Shown one piece after another: positions 31,621 through 44,784 of a stretch of 64,000 nt of DNA. The translations under genes were made by a program, and so were the position numbers. Position 1 is the stretch's first letter. Each line of letters begins with the position of its first letter. The stretch comes from the human T2T-CHM13v2.0 reference genome, Homo sapiens: the NCBI RefSeq assembly GCF_009914755.1, contig NC_060928.1. One strand, 5' to 3'. The notes under the pieces are model-generated. The model had not been told where the DNA came from. It saw only the letters and a list, made by a program, of their open reading frames with translations, and made no database searches.

Positions 31621-31825
31621 ATTGAGGGAATGTCACAGTTGATAGTGAGTTTTCAAAAGTGCAGTGTCTAACCATTAGCATTACAGAATGATAAACTACT
31701 TTTAGCATTTTAAGAGCAAATCCATCACCCTTGTGGGCAGACTCACAAAAACTGAGTTCATGAGACTGAGGTATAAATTCAGGATTCTGATTTATTCAAG
31801 TTATTAGAACAATACTACACCAGAG

Positions 31826-32908
31826 TGTTGCAGGAAGTCAGGGACACCGAAAGGAGGGACCTGCTGAAGCTGTGACAGAAGAACATAAATTGTGAAGATT
31901 TCATGGACATTTGTTAGTTCTCCAAATTAATACTTTTATAATTTCTTATGCCTGTCTTTACTGCAATCTCTGAACATAAATTGTGAAGATTTCATGGACA
32001 TTTATCACTTCCCCAATCAATACTCTTATATTTCCTATGCCTGTTTTTACTTTAATCTCTTAATCCCATTATCTTCATAAACTGAGGATGTATGTCACCT
32101 CAGGACCCTGTGATGATTGTGTTAACTGCACAAATTGTTCGTAAAGCATGTGTGTTTGAACAATATGAGATCTGGGCACCTTGAAAAAGGAACAGGATAA
32201 CAGAGATGTTCAGGGAACAAGGGAGATAACCATTAAGTCTGACTTCCTGGGAGCAGTAACAAGAGTCATATTTCTCTTATTACCAAAAATGAGTAAGAGA
32301 AATATCGCTCAATTCTTTCCCCAGTAAGGAATATTAATAATTAACAGCCTTGGGAAAAGAATGCATTCCTGGTTGGGTGGGGGGGCCCTCTAAAATGGCC
32401 GCTCTTGGAGTGTCTGCCTTATGCAGTTGCAGATAGGGATGAAAGAAGCCCTGGTCTCCTGCAGGGCCCCCAGCCTTGCTAGGATTAGGAAATTCCAGCC
32501 TGGCGAATTCTAGTCAGACCGGTTCTCTGCTCTCGAACCCTGTTAAGATGTTTATCAATGACAATGCATACACAGTGGGACATGAAGCTTCATCAGCAAT
32601 TCTAGTTTTGCCCTGGCCTAGTGACCTTGTCCTACCCATTTGCCTTGTGATATTTTATTGCCCTTGAAGCATGTGATCTCTGTGACCCACACCCTATTCA
32701 TACACTCCCTCCCCTTTGAAAATCGCTAATAAAAACTTGCTGGTTTTGTGGCTCAGGGGGCATCACAGAACCTGCTGACATGTGATGTCTCCCAAGGCTT
32801 TAAAATTTCTCCCTTTTTTAGTCTTTCCCTTTATTTCTCAGACCGGCCGACACTTAGGGAAATAGAAAAGAACCTGTGCTGAAATATTAGGGGCTGGTTC
32901 CCCTGATA
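31826..32908 (+). mobile_element. MER11 solo LTR (HERV-K/HML-8 family)
   Basis: TGTTGCAGGAAGTCAGGGAC start, internal repeat GAACATAAATTGTGAAGATTTCATGGACATTT (x2), AATAAA, and end GGTTCCCCTGATA. 6-bp TSD CCAGAG at 31820-31825 and 32909-32914. Confidence 0.93.
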
Positions 32909-33070
32909 CCAGAGAAGCAGTTAAATTATTCAACTTTATTGCCATGTAGGTGGCACAAAAAAAGCCACATTATAATAAAATTGGCATAGCAAGCATGTTA
33001 ATTAGTGAAATAATCAGTTGTTTCATTTTGATGTTAAGTAACATTATAATGAAAATAAACCTACAAGGCA

Positions 33071-33168
33071 ATATTCTTGAAACAGAACCTCTTCTTCTTG
33101 GGAAGAAATCATATCTTTCCTCATGTCATGCTTCTTGGGTTAAACAAGCTCCCTTCTGGCTGACATAT
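33071..33168. repeat. Copy A of a 98-bp local dispersed duplication
   Basis: 73/98 identical, ungapped, to 34604-34701 (manual alignment). Confidence 0.85.
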
Positions 33169-33707
33169 TCTTTCTTTAGTTATGCTAATAGTATCGTCAT
33201 TCATAACATACTCCTAAAAGCCTAGAAATTATTCTGTCACTTTATGAAGACTTGTCATTATTTGTTTATACATTTTAAGAGATAAATCTTGTTTCACTCT
33301 TTCTAAATTCATGTGTGGGTAGAAAGCATCACTGTCACCCCCAAATACTAACAGAATTTACCTTAGATGAAATGAGGAGTGGCATTGTTAGTAAAAACAT
33401 AGAATAAGAAAATGTATTAGCATATGTTTAGATATGTTACGTTAGAAAACAAACGATTTCTCATTGGCTTTTATTTTATTCTAATAAGTTATATCACGTC
33501 CCAAAGTAGTCCACTAACAAAGTAAAGTTCACAAGATACAATGAAATATTTGTTTTATTTTTCAAAAAGAAAGTTCAGACAGTAATTAATCCTAATTTTT
33601 TTTAATATCAAGCTAAACTCAACATGAAAAAATACATTTTAATATTCATGGTTTGACTTGCGTACTCTGTTTAAATTATGTGTATTCAGTAAAGTTGGAA
33701 TACATAC

Positions 33708-33709
<2 letters not shown>

Positions 33710-33743
<34 letters not shown>
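33710..33743. repeat. (CA)n microsatellite
   Basis: Perfect CA run. Confidence 0.97.
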
Positions 33744-33745
<2 letters not shown>

Positions 33746-34603
33746 ATTTCTGTATATCTAGAAACATATCCTAATGTAAAATGGGCAACTAACTATGTTT
33801 ATTCCAAAGCGTTTAAATGGCTTCTTAAAATTAAACAAAGGAACAAAAATTTTGTTAAAAATTATCTTAATTAAGAATGAAAAATACTAAGGGCACATAA
33901 TGAAAATAAACTTGTTTATTGTTGTAACCACTCAATGAACTTAAATTTAGTTATTTGTGAAGAAAACATTCAGCATGTTCTGAATTAGAATGGTTCACCT
34001 TAGTATTAAATGCCCTCTGTGGAAAAGGATATGCAGATGTTTCTTCCACATGAGCTACAAATGTGCCAAGAGACCACAAGTTAAATATTTAATGTTAACA
34101 TTAAGATGGAAATATGTCTTCCTTATTGAGCTATAACTTTACTCATAAATATTTGTGGGAAGAAAAGATTTATTTTAATACTTAAGCATTTAACTGGAGG
34201 CTGTTAACGATTAACGACTTCACTTTAGTAAGACATCATTCTCCACAAGTAAGAGAAAGAGCAAAGAAATAGATGAAATTTTCAGTGGGAAGTGAGACTT
34301 CATACCCAATATTTTAAATATATACATGTCAATAATCTAGTTATTTTATGCTGAACAAATGCTGTGGTTAATTAGTTTTACAAATTTAGATTTCACTAAT
34401 TCAGAATTTGTGATCATTTCGAGTCAGCTGAGTAGAAATGTATTTTTTTCACAATGTGAGAATCAAAGGTAGACTACACACAAAATTTTAATGCACTAAA
34501 AATTACTTAAGGCAACCCTTTTAAAAACTGGATGGCTAATATTTTGTGTGCAATAAGATACAATAGGATCCAATTTTTCAAATTATCAGCAATATTTTCA
34601 GAA

Positions 34604-34701
34604 ATTTCCTTGGTACAGAACACCCTCTTCCTGGGAAGAGCTCATATCTTTCCCAAAGCTATGCTTCCTGCATTAAGCAAACTCTTTTCTGCTTGACACA
34701 T
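34604..34701. repeat. Copy B of a 98-bp local dispersed duplication
   Basis: 73/98 identical, ungapped, to 33071-33168. Confidence 0.85.
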
Positions 34702-35687
34702 AAAAATACATTATCAGATAAGTTGAGTTAGTGTCAATATTTCATAACCTGCATTAGTAAAGCACTTTAAACATCAGTTGACTGATTGTCACTGCAATTC
34801 TGTGACACAAACTAAGTTTTATTATCTTTGTGTTTAAGGCTAAGTTATGAAGCTTAAAGATATTGTGATTATTTGAGTTTGTACAAATAATTAGTTGTGA
34901 ATATAACTGAGTGATTTCAGATTTATTCATTTCCTGCTTATTAGATGTCAAGTCCTATGCTAATATGCAAAAATAAATCCATTATGCTTATTTTTATAGA
35001 CTTACTAAATACCAGACAATAATCTAAATGCTTTATAAATATTATTCATTTAATCAATTTGCAGGTGAAAAATGAAGCAGAGAGAATTTAAGTAACTTGT
35101 CCATGGTCATCAATGTACTGAAGGTGGGGCCAGAAAAATAGTACTTAATTACAGTACTATGTTTCTTCCTTTTCATACATCTATGAAGTAGGAACCTGAG
35201 AGCGATTGCTCAAAAATGACTTTAAATTCTGATAATAGTATAAAAATGAAATCTAAATTCAGCTTGCCACAAAAACAATTGTACACTGTAGGAAAGAGAT
35301 TTGGAAAAATAAAGAAAAAACTTTTAAATAAATACAAACATAAGGATAATTGAAAAATAAAATGACATTGAAAAAGAGTCTAGATAGAAGCAAGATTTGA
35401 AAGCATCTTAATGGAAGTGAAATGCTCCATATGAAAGTTGCCTTAAAGATGCATATTCAGGGGATTTAGCAGATTTGTCGCTTCATTCCATTCTTTATAA
35501 ACCAAAACATTAGTTTCATGAATTATTTTAACAAAATATTTTGTATGAAATGGGATGCATATTTGTTCTCAAAGCATTAGTGTGAACCTGTTTTCTGACA
35601 TTCATTTTCCTTATAGTTCTAAAAGAAGCTGAAATAATCATGAAAGGATATCAACTCATACAAACATGAACAAGACCTTGGTAGTCA

Positions 35688-36150
35688 TATATATATATAT
35701 ACACACTTCTGGGGTACATGTGCAGAACATGCAGGTTTGTTACATAGATATACACGTGCCATGGTGGTTTGCTGCACCCATCAACCTGCCATCTTCATTA
35801 GGTATTTCTCCTAATGCTCTCCCTCCCCTAGCCCCCCACCCTCCAACAGGCCCCAATATGTGATGTTCCCCTCCCTGTGTCCATGTGTTCTCATTGTTCA
35901 ACTCCCACTTATGAGTGAGAACATGCAGTGTTTGATTTTCTGTCCCTGTGTTAGTTTGCTGAGAATGAAGGCTTCCAGCTTCATCCATGTCCCTGCAGAG
36001 GACATTAACTCATCTTTTTTATGGCCGCATAGCATTCCATGGTGTATATGTGCCACATTTTCTTTATTCATCTCTCATTGATGGGCATTTGGGTTGGTTC
36101 CAAGTCTTTGCTATTGTGAATAGTGCTGCAATAAACATACATGTGCATGT
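35688..36150 (-). mobile_element. 5'-truncated L1PA (L1PA8-like)
   Basis: TTCTGGGGTACATGTGCAGAACATGCAGG onward; the tail has turned into (TA)n. TSD AAGACCTTGGTA at 35672-35683 and 36151-36162. Confidence 0.92.
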
Positions 36151-36934
36151 AAGACCTTGGTATTCTTACAAAAGAAAGTTTGTTCAATTTGGGAAAGGAA
36201 TCTGTTGCAATAAGATTAAAAACAAAGAACAATGATAGCTGAATGTTTGAGTATGTTTATACTTTCCTGTTATTATTGCCTGTTGGATTCACAGAGGGAC
36301 AAAAGTCAAAATTAATTCAATTCACAGCAGTATTAACATTCGGGGTTACTGTGGATATATAGCTGGGTGCTTATAACCTTGGATTCTCTATACTATTAAT
36401 TTTAATTACCTTGGTGAGCTTACACTTTCTCCTTAAAAATAATAGCACACTGATTAAGCAATAGAAAGCTGAGGAGAAAAAGAAGACAGTAATTATCCAA
36501 CAGCATAACACACTGTTCTTCCCATACACCACTTCCCCAATATACACATACACACCCATGCATGGGCTTGGAGATAGGGGAAAAAGTGCTCCACAGTACT
36601 TTCTACCTCACTGGAATTAATCATACAAGTAATAACTACTGTTTCATAGATGTTGTGCCTGATCTTTTATTAATCCTCTTAACTAGCCTGTAAGGGGAGA
36701 AATGTTAGTATCCCACTGTATAGATGAAGCAACCAAACCATAGACAGATTAGCTGGCAGACACAGAATTACATTCTGTTTGATCCCAAATATGTAAACTA
36801 CTGTGTGATGGAAGATGGTCTTCTGTTAAACACCAATTTCCAAAACCGCTGTTGTTCGTGGTTCTATGAAATTTGAGTCTTCTTACGGCAAAAGACTCTA
36901 AAGAGTGATATACACTTTACAGGACTTATTGTCT

Positions 36935-37446
<512 letters not shown>

Positions 37447-38359
37447 TTCTAAATGCCTTGCTCCTTACCATTAGTGCTTGTATAGTCTTTCCATCATCCC
37501 CAGTGGTGACTCAGTCTCTACCCAAACACACCTAGCATTAGCTTTGACTGTCGATCAAGTTCTTAGGTCAATTCCAAATCTGTCACTTTTCTCTTCAGAA
37601 TAATCTCTTTATTTCTTTTAATTGCTTCTCTTATGACATGATTTTAAATCTCCTCATTATCCCAGTAGCATTCTTCTAACTAGACTAGTTGTCAATATGG
37701 TATCTTGGAAAGAATCTGGATTTTGGAGTCATAGTACCTTTCATTTACACTTCATATCTGCTGTGTACGTAATAATCTTGTGAACTCGAGCAAACTATTC
37801 AATATTCTCAGCTTCCCTCCTTCCACAAATAATGCTACCTCTTGTAACTTTTGTGAATATTAAATGAGATATACAGAATAGGAGTAAGACTTTTAGAAGC
37901 TCTGAGCATGGAAAACTGTAGTGTCTTATCACTGCCACTTCACCCCTCCACATGTAACTCAAATGAAAACAACAGTGAACCAGATAAAAGGAACAAAGGA
38001 ATACAATTATGTTATAGTTTTTGTCTTCACTATGTTGATTTTTAAAATTATTAAGCAGCAAATATACTATTTTTGAAGTACATATGTCCATTTTTTGTAC
38101 CTTTATTTGGCTACTGTCCAAAATATATGCTTAATCTTCTCCTGAGTAATCTAGTAGTAAACAGCCTGAATATAACTGTGCATGGTAGATTTGAGAGTAA
38201 GACAGAAATGTATAACTTGAGACAAATTTTTAACCTCTTTCATAAGCTTCAATTTCCTGAATTATAAAATGAAGGTAATATTTGCCCCGGATGATTAAAG
38301 TAAAAATTGTAATAAATAATATATAAAAAGTACTTATAAGTTATAAAAAAGTAGATACA

Positions 38360-38580
38360 GTGTGTGGTGAAGAACAAGGGTCTGTTACCAAACTATTTGG
38401 GTTCGAATCTTAGCTTACAGGTTGTGGCTCTGAAACCTTGGGCTCTCAAACCTTCTTGGAAGATGAGGATAAAAATAAATCTACCTCTTAAGTTTCTTGT
38501 GAGTTTACAATAATTAATGTTCTTTATACATTTAGGACAAAATAGACTCTCAATACATGTTAGTAACTATCATTATTATT
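38360..38580 (+). mobile_element. MIR SINE (further MIR/L2 scraps at ~38180-38330, 38690-38770 and 39150-39330)
   Basis: GTGTGGTGAAGAACAAGGG, GGGTTCGAATCTTAGCT, CTCAATACATGTTAGT. Confidence 0.6.
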
Positions 38581-40924
38581 GAAATAATAATTTTTATTAG
38601 ACACGAAAATGTCTGGTACCTCATAGGCACTCAAGGTATGTGGTATAATTTTCTTTTCTTTTTAACTGAGTTGCCCATAGCTGAATATGTTACTGAAATA
38701 TAGAATGGTGCCTGAAAATACTCATAGATACTCAATGAATATATACTAAATTAACAAATAAATGAATAAGTATGGTCTGATTACAAAGTATAGAAGGGGA
38801 TTATAGCTTTATAACTTTCCTCAATATAGGTTTAGATTCATAGTAAAAACACATTTCTATTACATTCTTACCAAAGGACCTAAATTCCAATTAAATTTAG
38901 AATTTTTAAAAGATCATAAAGCTCTTTAATTATTTTTGATGAGTTTCTAGCCAGTGACATTTTTACCATACCTGAATAGGACAATACTGAAGGAGATAAT
39001 TTTCAAAAATATGTATAATCTAACTCAACATTATACGAGTATAATTACATTTCGATCTCTGTGATTTAAACATGAGGCTCTTATCATATGAAAAAAAAAA
39101 CAAACATATTCAGAAGCACTTAATTGCTCAGCTTAACTCAGGTTAGCGCAGCCTGACTCACTTTACCTTTAGATTCCCTTGCTCTGGTAATTAACACTTA
39201 GGTCTTCTCCAAATTATGTAACCATTCTGGGCCTTAATATCATCATCTGTAAAATAGGAGTAATATTACCTAGCCCACGGGAATTTTGTAAGAAGCAAAT
39301 AAAATGGGATATGTGAAAATATACTGAAACATGCATATATATGACAACTGTTTATGTGTGTATAGTTAAATTTGCTGCTTGCTCAAGCATATCCTAGAAA
39401 AAAGCAATCAAAATAGCTATGCCTGGTGTTCAGAGATTTGCCTCAATAAACTCGACTAACCATCTAGCAGTGACTATTTTAAATGCTTATTTTGCTAGAA
39501 ATGTAACAAGTATGAGAATAAAGTGCTTACGTTTTCTACTTGATATGGTTCTGAAGAGGTTAATTTTAATCACGACATTCTGCACTTAAATTTTTGTAGC
39601 CTACTGCCAAATTTTAACATTCAAGTTTATTCATTTTTCTTTATCTGTCTACAGAAAGATCTCAAATTATTGATTTTCCTAAATATATATCACTTGAAAG
39701 TTACATTACAAAATGAGCACACGGACTACAAATTCAGAGGATGCTGAGTTCTATAAAATAACTGACCCACATTTTCCTAGCTATTACCCTAGCCTACATC
39801 TCTGACAGAGTCCTTTAGATATCTAAGGCAAAATTTGCTTCCAATTTTCTGCTTTATATGCCAAGATGATGACATTTGATATATATTGAAATTATTTTAA
39901 ATATTGGGCATTAGGAGATTTCAAAGCCAGTATCCATAAAGAGAAAGTAAAAAACCTGGGATAGTGTGATCTATAGAGCAACATTTTATGGAAAAATAAT
40001 AATAATTAAAATTGGAAAATCTTTTTTAAATAAATGGATGCTGGAAAAATTCTCCTACTTCAATATTAAGAGTTTCCAAAGATGTAAGCTACTTTTTTGC
40101 TTTGCCATAATATGTATAAGATATGTAACCAATATTTAAAAATCTATGTGGTTTGTCAAAATAAAAAGACAACTTGAAGTTTCTTCCAAAACTACCCATT
40201 TCACAAGAATATTGCTTATTCACAATAAGATTATATTTCTATATTTTAAATGTTGACAAAAGAAGGAAACAGAGAAATAATTACACTACCATGTACCCGA
40301 ACCATAAATATGTGTTCTGCTGACTTTTAACAAACCAGGATGAAACATTTATGATGAATGAGGAAGAGACTGTTGTAATTTTTCTAAAGCACTTTTATAT
40401 TGCATGAATGACTATCTTCCTCAGGAGAGCACAAATTAATTTTTATTAACAAAGAACTGTAAAGAAGTGCTGCCATCTTTGCTTGAGTTTAAATGTTTCC
40501 CACAATTTTATCATTTTAATGGATAATGGGAAAATAAATAGTTGCTTGCACAATAAAAAAATCATGGTTGTAGTTAGTATTAGGTAGGTACTTCATAATC
40601 TTTCTCATTTCTAATATTTTAGATATAGGGCATTTTCTCCATAAGTGGCTTTGTATTGTTGTTTCCCTAAAGTCATTCCAAATTAGCTTGTTCTTTAATA
40701 AAACAGAGAATTTTTGGAAAAGAATTATCCAACTCTTCTCTGATGCTTAAAGCTTCCTTTATGTTTTCTTTTTAAGAGCACAATCCTGGATATTTTTCCC
40801 GTGAAACACTCTCGCACTACAATTGTGAGACCTATATTTTATAAAGCATAATGAATTTTTAAAATTTTACATTACCACTGTTATGTGTGGAGAACACTAA
40901 AAACAGTTTTTAAGTTTAAGGCAT

Positions 40925-41007
40925 TCCATCCAAGTACTAACCAAGTCTGACCCTGCTTAGCTTCTGAGATAGAGATCAGGTGCATTCAGGGTAGTATGGC
41001 TATAGAC
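40925..41007 (-). pseudogene. 5S rRNA retropseudogene, 3'-truncated
   Basis: The reverse complement reads GTCTATAGCCATACTACCCTGAATGCACCTGATCTC...GAAGCTAAGCAGGGTCAGACTTGGTTAGTACTTGGATGG. This matches 5S rRNA from nt 1 to about nt 87, with CpG decay. Confidence 0.92.
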
Positions 41008-42063
41008 TAAAAAGATTTCTTAACTAGTTTTATCTCTGTCCTCATGATTGTGGTTTGTGAAAGAAAAATCTGATTATAAGTAGGAGGGTAAATCCCTGAT
41101 TAAGAAATAATTTTATTAAAATATTATGAAGATATTAAAATATTTATCTGATTATATATGACTAATGAATAGATTTCAAATATTATTTGTCTACATTTGT
41201 TTTTCTTTCTGTTGTTTGGCTAAAATGACTTAAGGCACAATTAGCATTCATTGTGTATAAAGAATTTTTTATATTGATTTTATAAACCATAAGAAAGAAA
41301 TATCTGAAGTAACTCAATTACATTTCCTTAGATATCTCACTAGAATTTTCAATAGCCAATGACTTCAACTTTTAGCCTATGAGAGAAATTATAGACTAAT
41401 GTCCCTTACCAAATACTAAAATTTGATATCAGTATTTGAAATCATTCTTTGGAACTTTGATTAATTTAGAACTGTTTCAGTAAACAATTTAATTAAAAAT
41501 TAAGCTCCTGAATAAAGTATGATTTATACAATCATAAACTATTATATATTAATACAAAACCCCATTAAGTTAACAACATAAGGGTGTGAGCTATAGTGAA
41601 TTAGGTTAATTTTCTGGATAACTGAAGATTATCATATAAATATAAGAAAATAATTTTTGATAACATATGTTCCTGTCAAACTTTAGGCCTATATTAAAAA
41701 AATAAGCTCTGAACAAAGTGTAACATTCATTTGATTATTACAGATTATAGGAAAACTCTAGTTAACCTTCTCACTGGATTAATTCAAATGCCAGTTGTAT
41801 TCTGTAGAGCCATGATGCTGAAGGTGATAGGTACCACTTCCATTGGTCTGTTCACTTCTGTTCCATTAATTGTTTCCTTCATACTTTTTTTATTGTAGTT
41901 GTAATGGTTATTTTAAATTGTATTGTTATTAAGTGAACTAGTTCAATATTAGGTAAAGAGATAAAATAAGCAAGTGGAAAGAATGAGCAAAACTATGTTG
42001 AATACTTTAGGAAGTATTTTGAACACTGAAAAATTTTGGGAAAACGAGTAAATACAAAGAAAG

Positions 42064-42417
42064 TGTTTTAGTGCATTTTCATACTGCTGATAAAGACATA
42101 CCCAAGACTGGGAAGAAAAGTAGGTTTAATGGTCTCACAGTTTCACGTGGCTGGGGAGGCCTTACAATCATGAGGGAAGGCAAAAGGCACTTCTTACATG
42201 GCAGCAGCAAGAGGGAAAGAGAAAGAAGAGAAAGTAGAAGCCCCTTGTAAAACCATGAGATCTTATGAGATTTATTCACTACCATGAGAACAGTATGGGG
42301 GAAACTGCCCTCATGATGCAATTATCTCCCACTGGGTCCCTGCTACAACACGTGGAAATTATGGAAACTACAATGCAAGATGAGATTTGGGTGGGGACAC
42401 AGAGCAAAACCATGTAA
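42064..42417 (-). mobile_element. THE1 (THE1C-like) solo LTR
   Basis: CATACTGCTGATAAAGACATACCCAAGACTGGGAAGAAAA...GATGAGATTTGGGTGGGGACACAG. Confidence 0.9.
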
Positions 42418-42468
42418 GATTGTTTTGCAAGGAATTTTAAGCCCTAAGACCACTTTAACTTAAGCTGG

Positions 42469-42788
42469 TTGTTTTTTTTGTTTGTTGGTTTGTTTTGTTT
42501 TTTTTTTGAGACAGAGTCTCACTCTGTTGGCCCAGGCTGGTGTGCAGTGGCATGATCTCGGCTCACTGCAAGCTCCGCCTCCTGGGTTCACGCCATTCTC
42601 CTGCCTCAGCCTCCGAGTAGCTGGGACTACAGGTGCCCGCCACCATGCCCTGCTAATTTTTTGTATTTTTAGTAGAGACGGGGTTTCACCATGTTAGCCA
42701 GGATGGTCTCGATTTCCTGATGTCGTGATCTGCCCACCTCGGCCTCCCAAAGTGCTGGGATTACAGACGTGAGCCACGGCGCCCGGCC
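42469..42788 (-). mobile_element. AluY
   Basis: Y diagnostics; TSD TTAAGCTGG. Confidence 0.97.
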
Positions 42789-43934
42789 TTAAGCTGGAAT
42801 TTGAGGAAGACGCTTTCCTGTGTGACTATGCAAGAAAGAGGAAGAGAGGCAGAAGACACTAACTCAAAGAAAAGGGCTTGGTCTCATGTTAAAATACGCA
42901 TGACTGAATGGATTTCCACTTATTTTAAGTTAAAATGAAATGCTTAACATATGGAAATATATTATTAAAAATTATTTCTGGTTTTGCATACTTTAGTAGC
43001 TGGCTGATCCTTATCTTACCGGATAAGTGGACACTGATTGAATATATTTTATTATATATCTGGCCTAAGGAAGGCTATATTCTATGACTATGGAATATTT
43101 GGTATTATCATTCTTACTACTTTTGAACCATTTCACTTTCAGTTTCACGTTTTTTTCCTGCTCCTGAATATTTTGCATGCCTGATTCCAGATAATTGGAA
43201 AATTGCTGCACCTTCAATATAAAACTTACTCAAATATAGTTGAGATTTAACCGGTCAAGACAAACTTTGCAGATTTATCTCCTTCCTTCCCACATCCCAC
43301 ATTCTACCTATTTTTCCATTTTCTATTTAACAACCAGTCTGAATGTTAATTGGAGAAGTGGTAGGTAAAGTTAAAAAGTAGGTAAAGGCAGGCTTGTAGC
43401 ACACCTGTGGATCCAGCAAATCTTGAATTCTGCCATTTTTGGGGAATTATTGATGGATATTTCTATATGTCAGGTGTGTGTTTTAGAATGATTCAATTCA
43501 TCTCTTAGTTCTTTGTTTTTTATTAGTTTTTTGGGGGGGTTCTTTTCTCTGTCCTTTTTCTCTGAAAAGTATATCATAATCATAATTTATCATAATTGGC
43601 ATATCTATATCAAATAGGAAAAAAATAACTTTAAGAAAAATGTTTCTCTCTGCTTTTACAGAAAAAAGAGTCCTCAATAGACATTGCTTAGTATTAACTT
43701 ATTTTCCCTGCTTCTGTAGTGTGGAGTACTGACATTTAAAAGACTTTAATTTCTATTGATAATAAATGAATGCACAGCCAGAGAAGAGAACTCTAAAATA
43801 ATTAGAGGGATGCATGTCAAGTCTTTCAGGCCCTCATATTAATACACAGTGCATGCTGCTTCTTATTGTTGCAAATGTCAACCTTCTTTTAGATAAGTGT
43901 CTTTTGGGAAATGGTTTACTACACTTCAAAGGGA

Positions 43935-44062
43935 TATAATAAAAGAAAAGGGCTTGGGGCAATATTTAAGCAATGAAAGAAACACAGGACATTTATGACT
44001 AGCTGAGAGGAACTGATTGCCTTTGGCTGTGCCTTGGGAAATCCCCAGGAAACACAGTAAGT
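43935..44062 (+). promoter_or_regulatory. Candidate promoter / first exon
   Basis: TATAATAAAA (43935-43944), NF-kB consensus GGGAAATCCC (44036-44045), donor ACA|GTAAGT (44056/44057). Confidence 0.3.
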
Positions 44063-44784
44063 TGTGATTACTATTGTAAGTTAAAATGATATAAAGCATG
44101 CAGAGGAATTTGTGTTTTTCTTATGGGTGATACTGCATTTCATATTCTCAGCATACCATCAGAGTTCATATCTACCTCTGTGTTTCTTACTGAAGTACTA
44201 GCAGGAGATGTATTATTGAAAATTGCCAAAGAATAATTTTCAAGAGGATCAATTTAAGAAAATGAAAAGAATGTAAAGCTAAGTCTATCTCAGAAAACAT
44301 ATGTGTTTTCGCATACCTCAATTAAATGTTTCTCATTAAACTAGACATTTTGAAATTAATCATACCAAAATTTGTACTGAGAATGTTTGTTAAAATTTGC
44401 ATGGTAAATTTCTACTATGTGTATAACTATGGCAAATAACATTAGAGGTAAATAAAAAAGAAGGGCATACATTTAATTTTATCAGTGCATGTTCACAGTG
44501 GTTATTTCCTTAATAGACATAGAAATGTTTAGATCTGGCAGCATTATTGGGGGGATGTGAGGATGTGATTTATTATTACCCTTATAGGTTTTCACTTCTG
44601 AGTTTCTACCAGGCTGTTGAGAATATAAAGGAAATTATCTCACAAATCTGTTATTTTTTTCTTTATTCATTTCATGCAGTTTCCCTTTTCTGGTAGTTAA
44701 GAGATCTAACACCAAATTTTAATCACTTTATGGTCTCAGTTTTCACTGCACTACCTTCAAATTCAAAACATGGCTGAAGAATTA

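Noticed and set aside
31881-32003. 32-bp direct repeat with a spacer that superficially resembles a CRISPR unit
   Set aside because: Only two copies, and they are an internal repeat of the MER11 LTR. The context is eukaryotic with no cas genes.
33071-34701. H/ACA snoRNA interpretation of the duplicated element (ACA near both 3' ends)
   Set aside because: An H box (ANANNA) is not shared at the same position and no two-hairpin fold is evident.
37795-38121. 108-aa minus-strand ORF
   Set aside because: Non-ATG start, composition typical of random AT-rich DNA and no recognisable homology.
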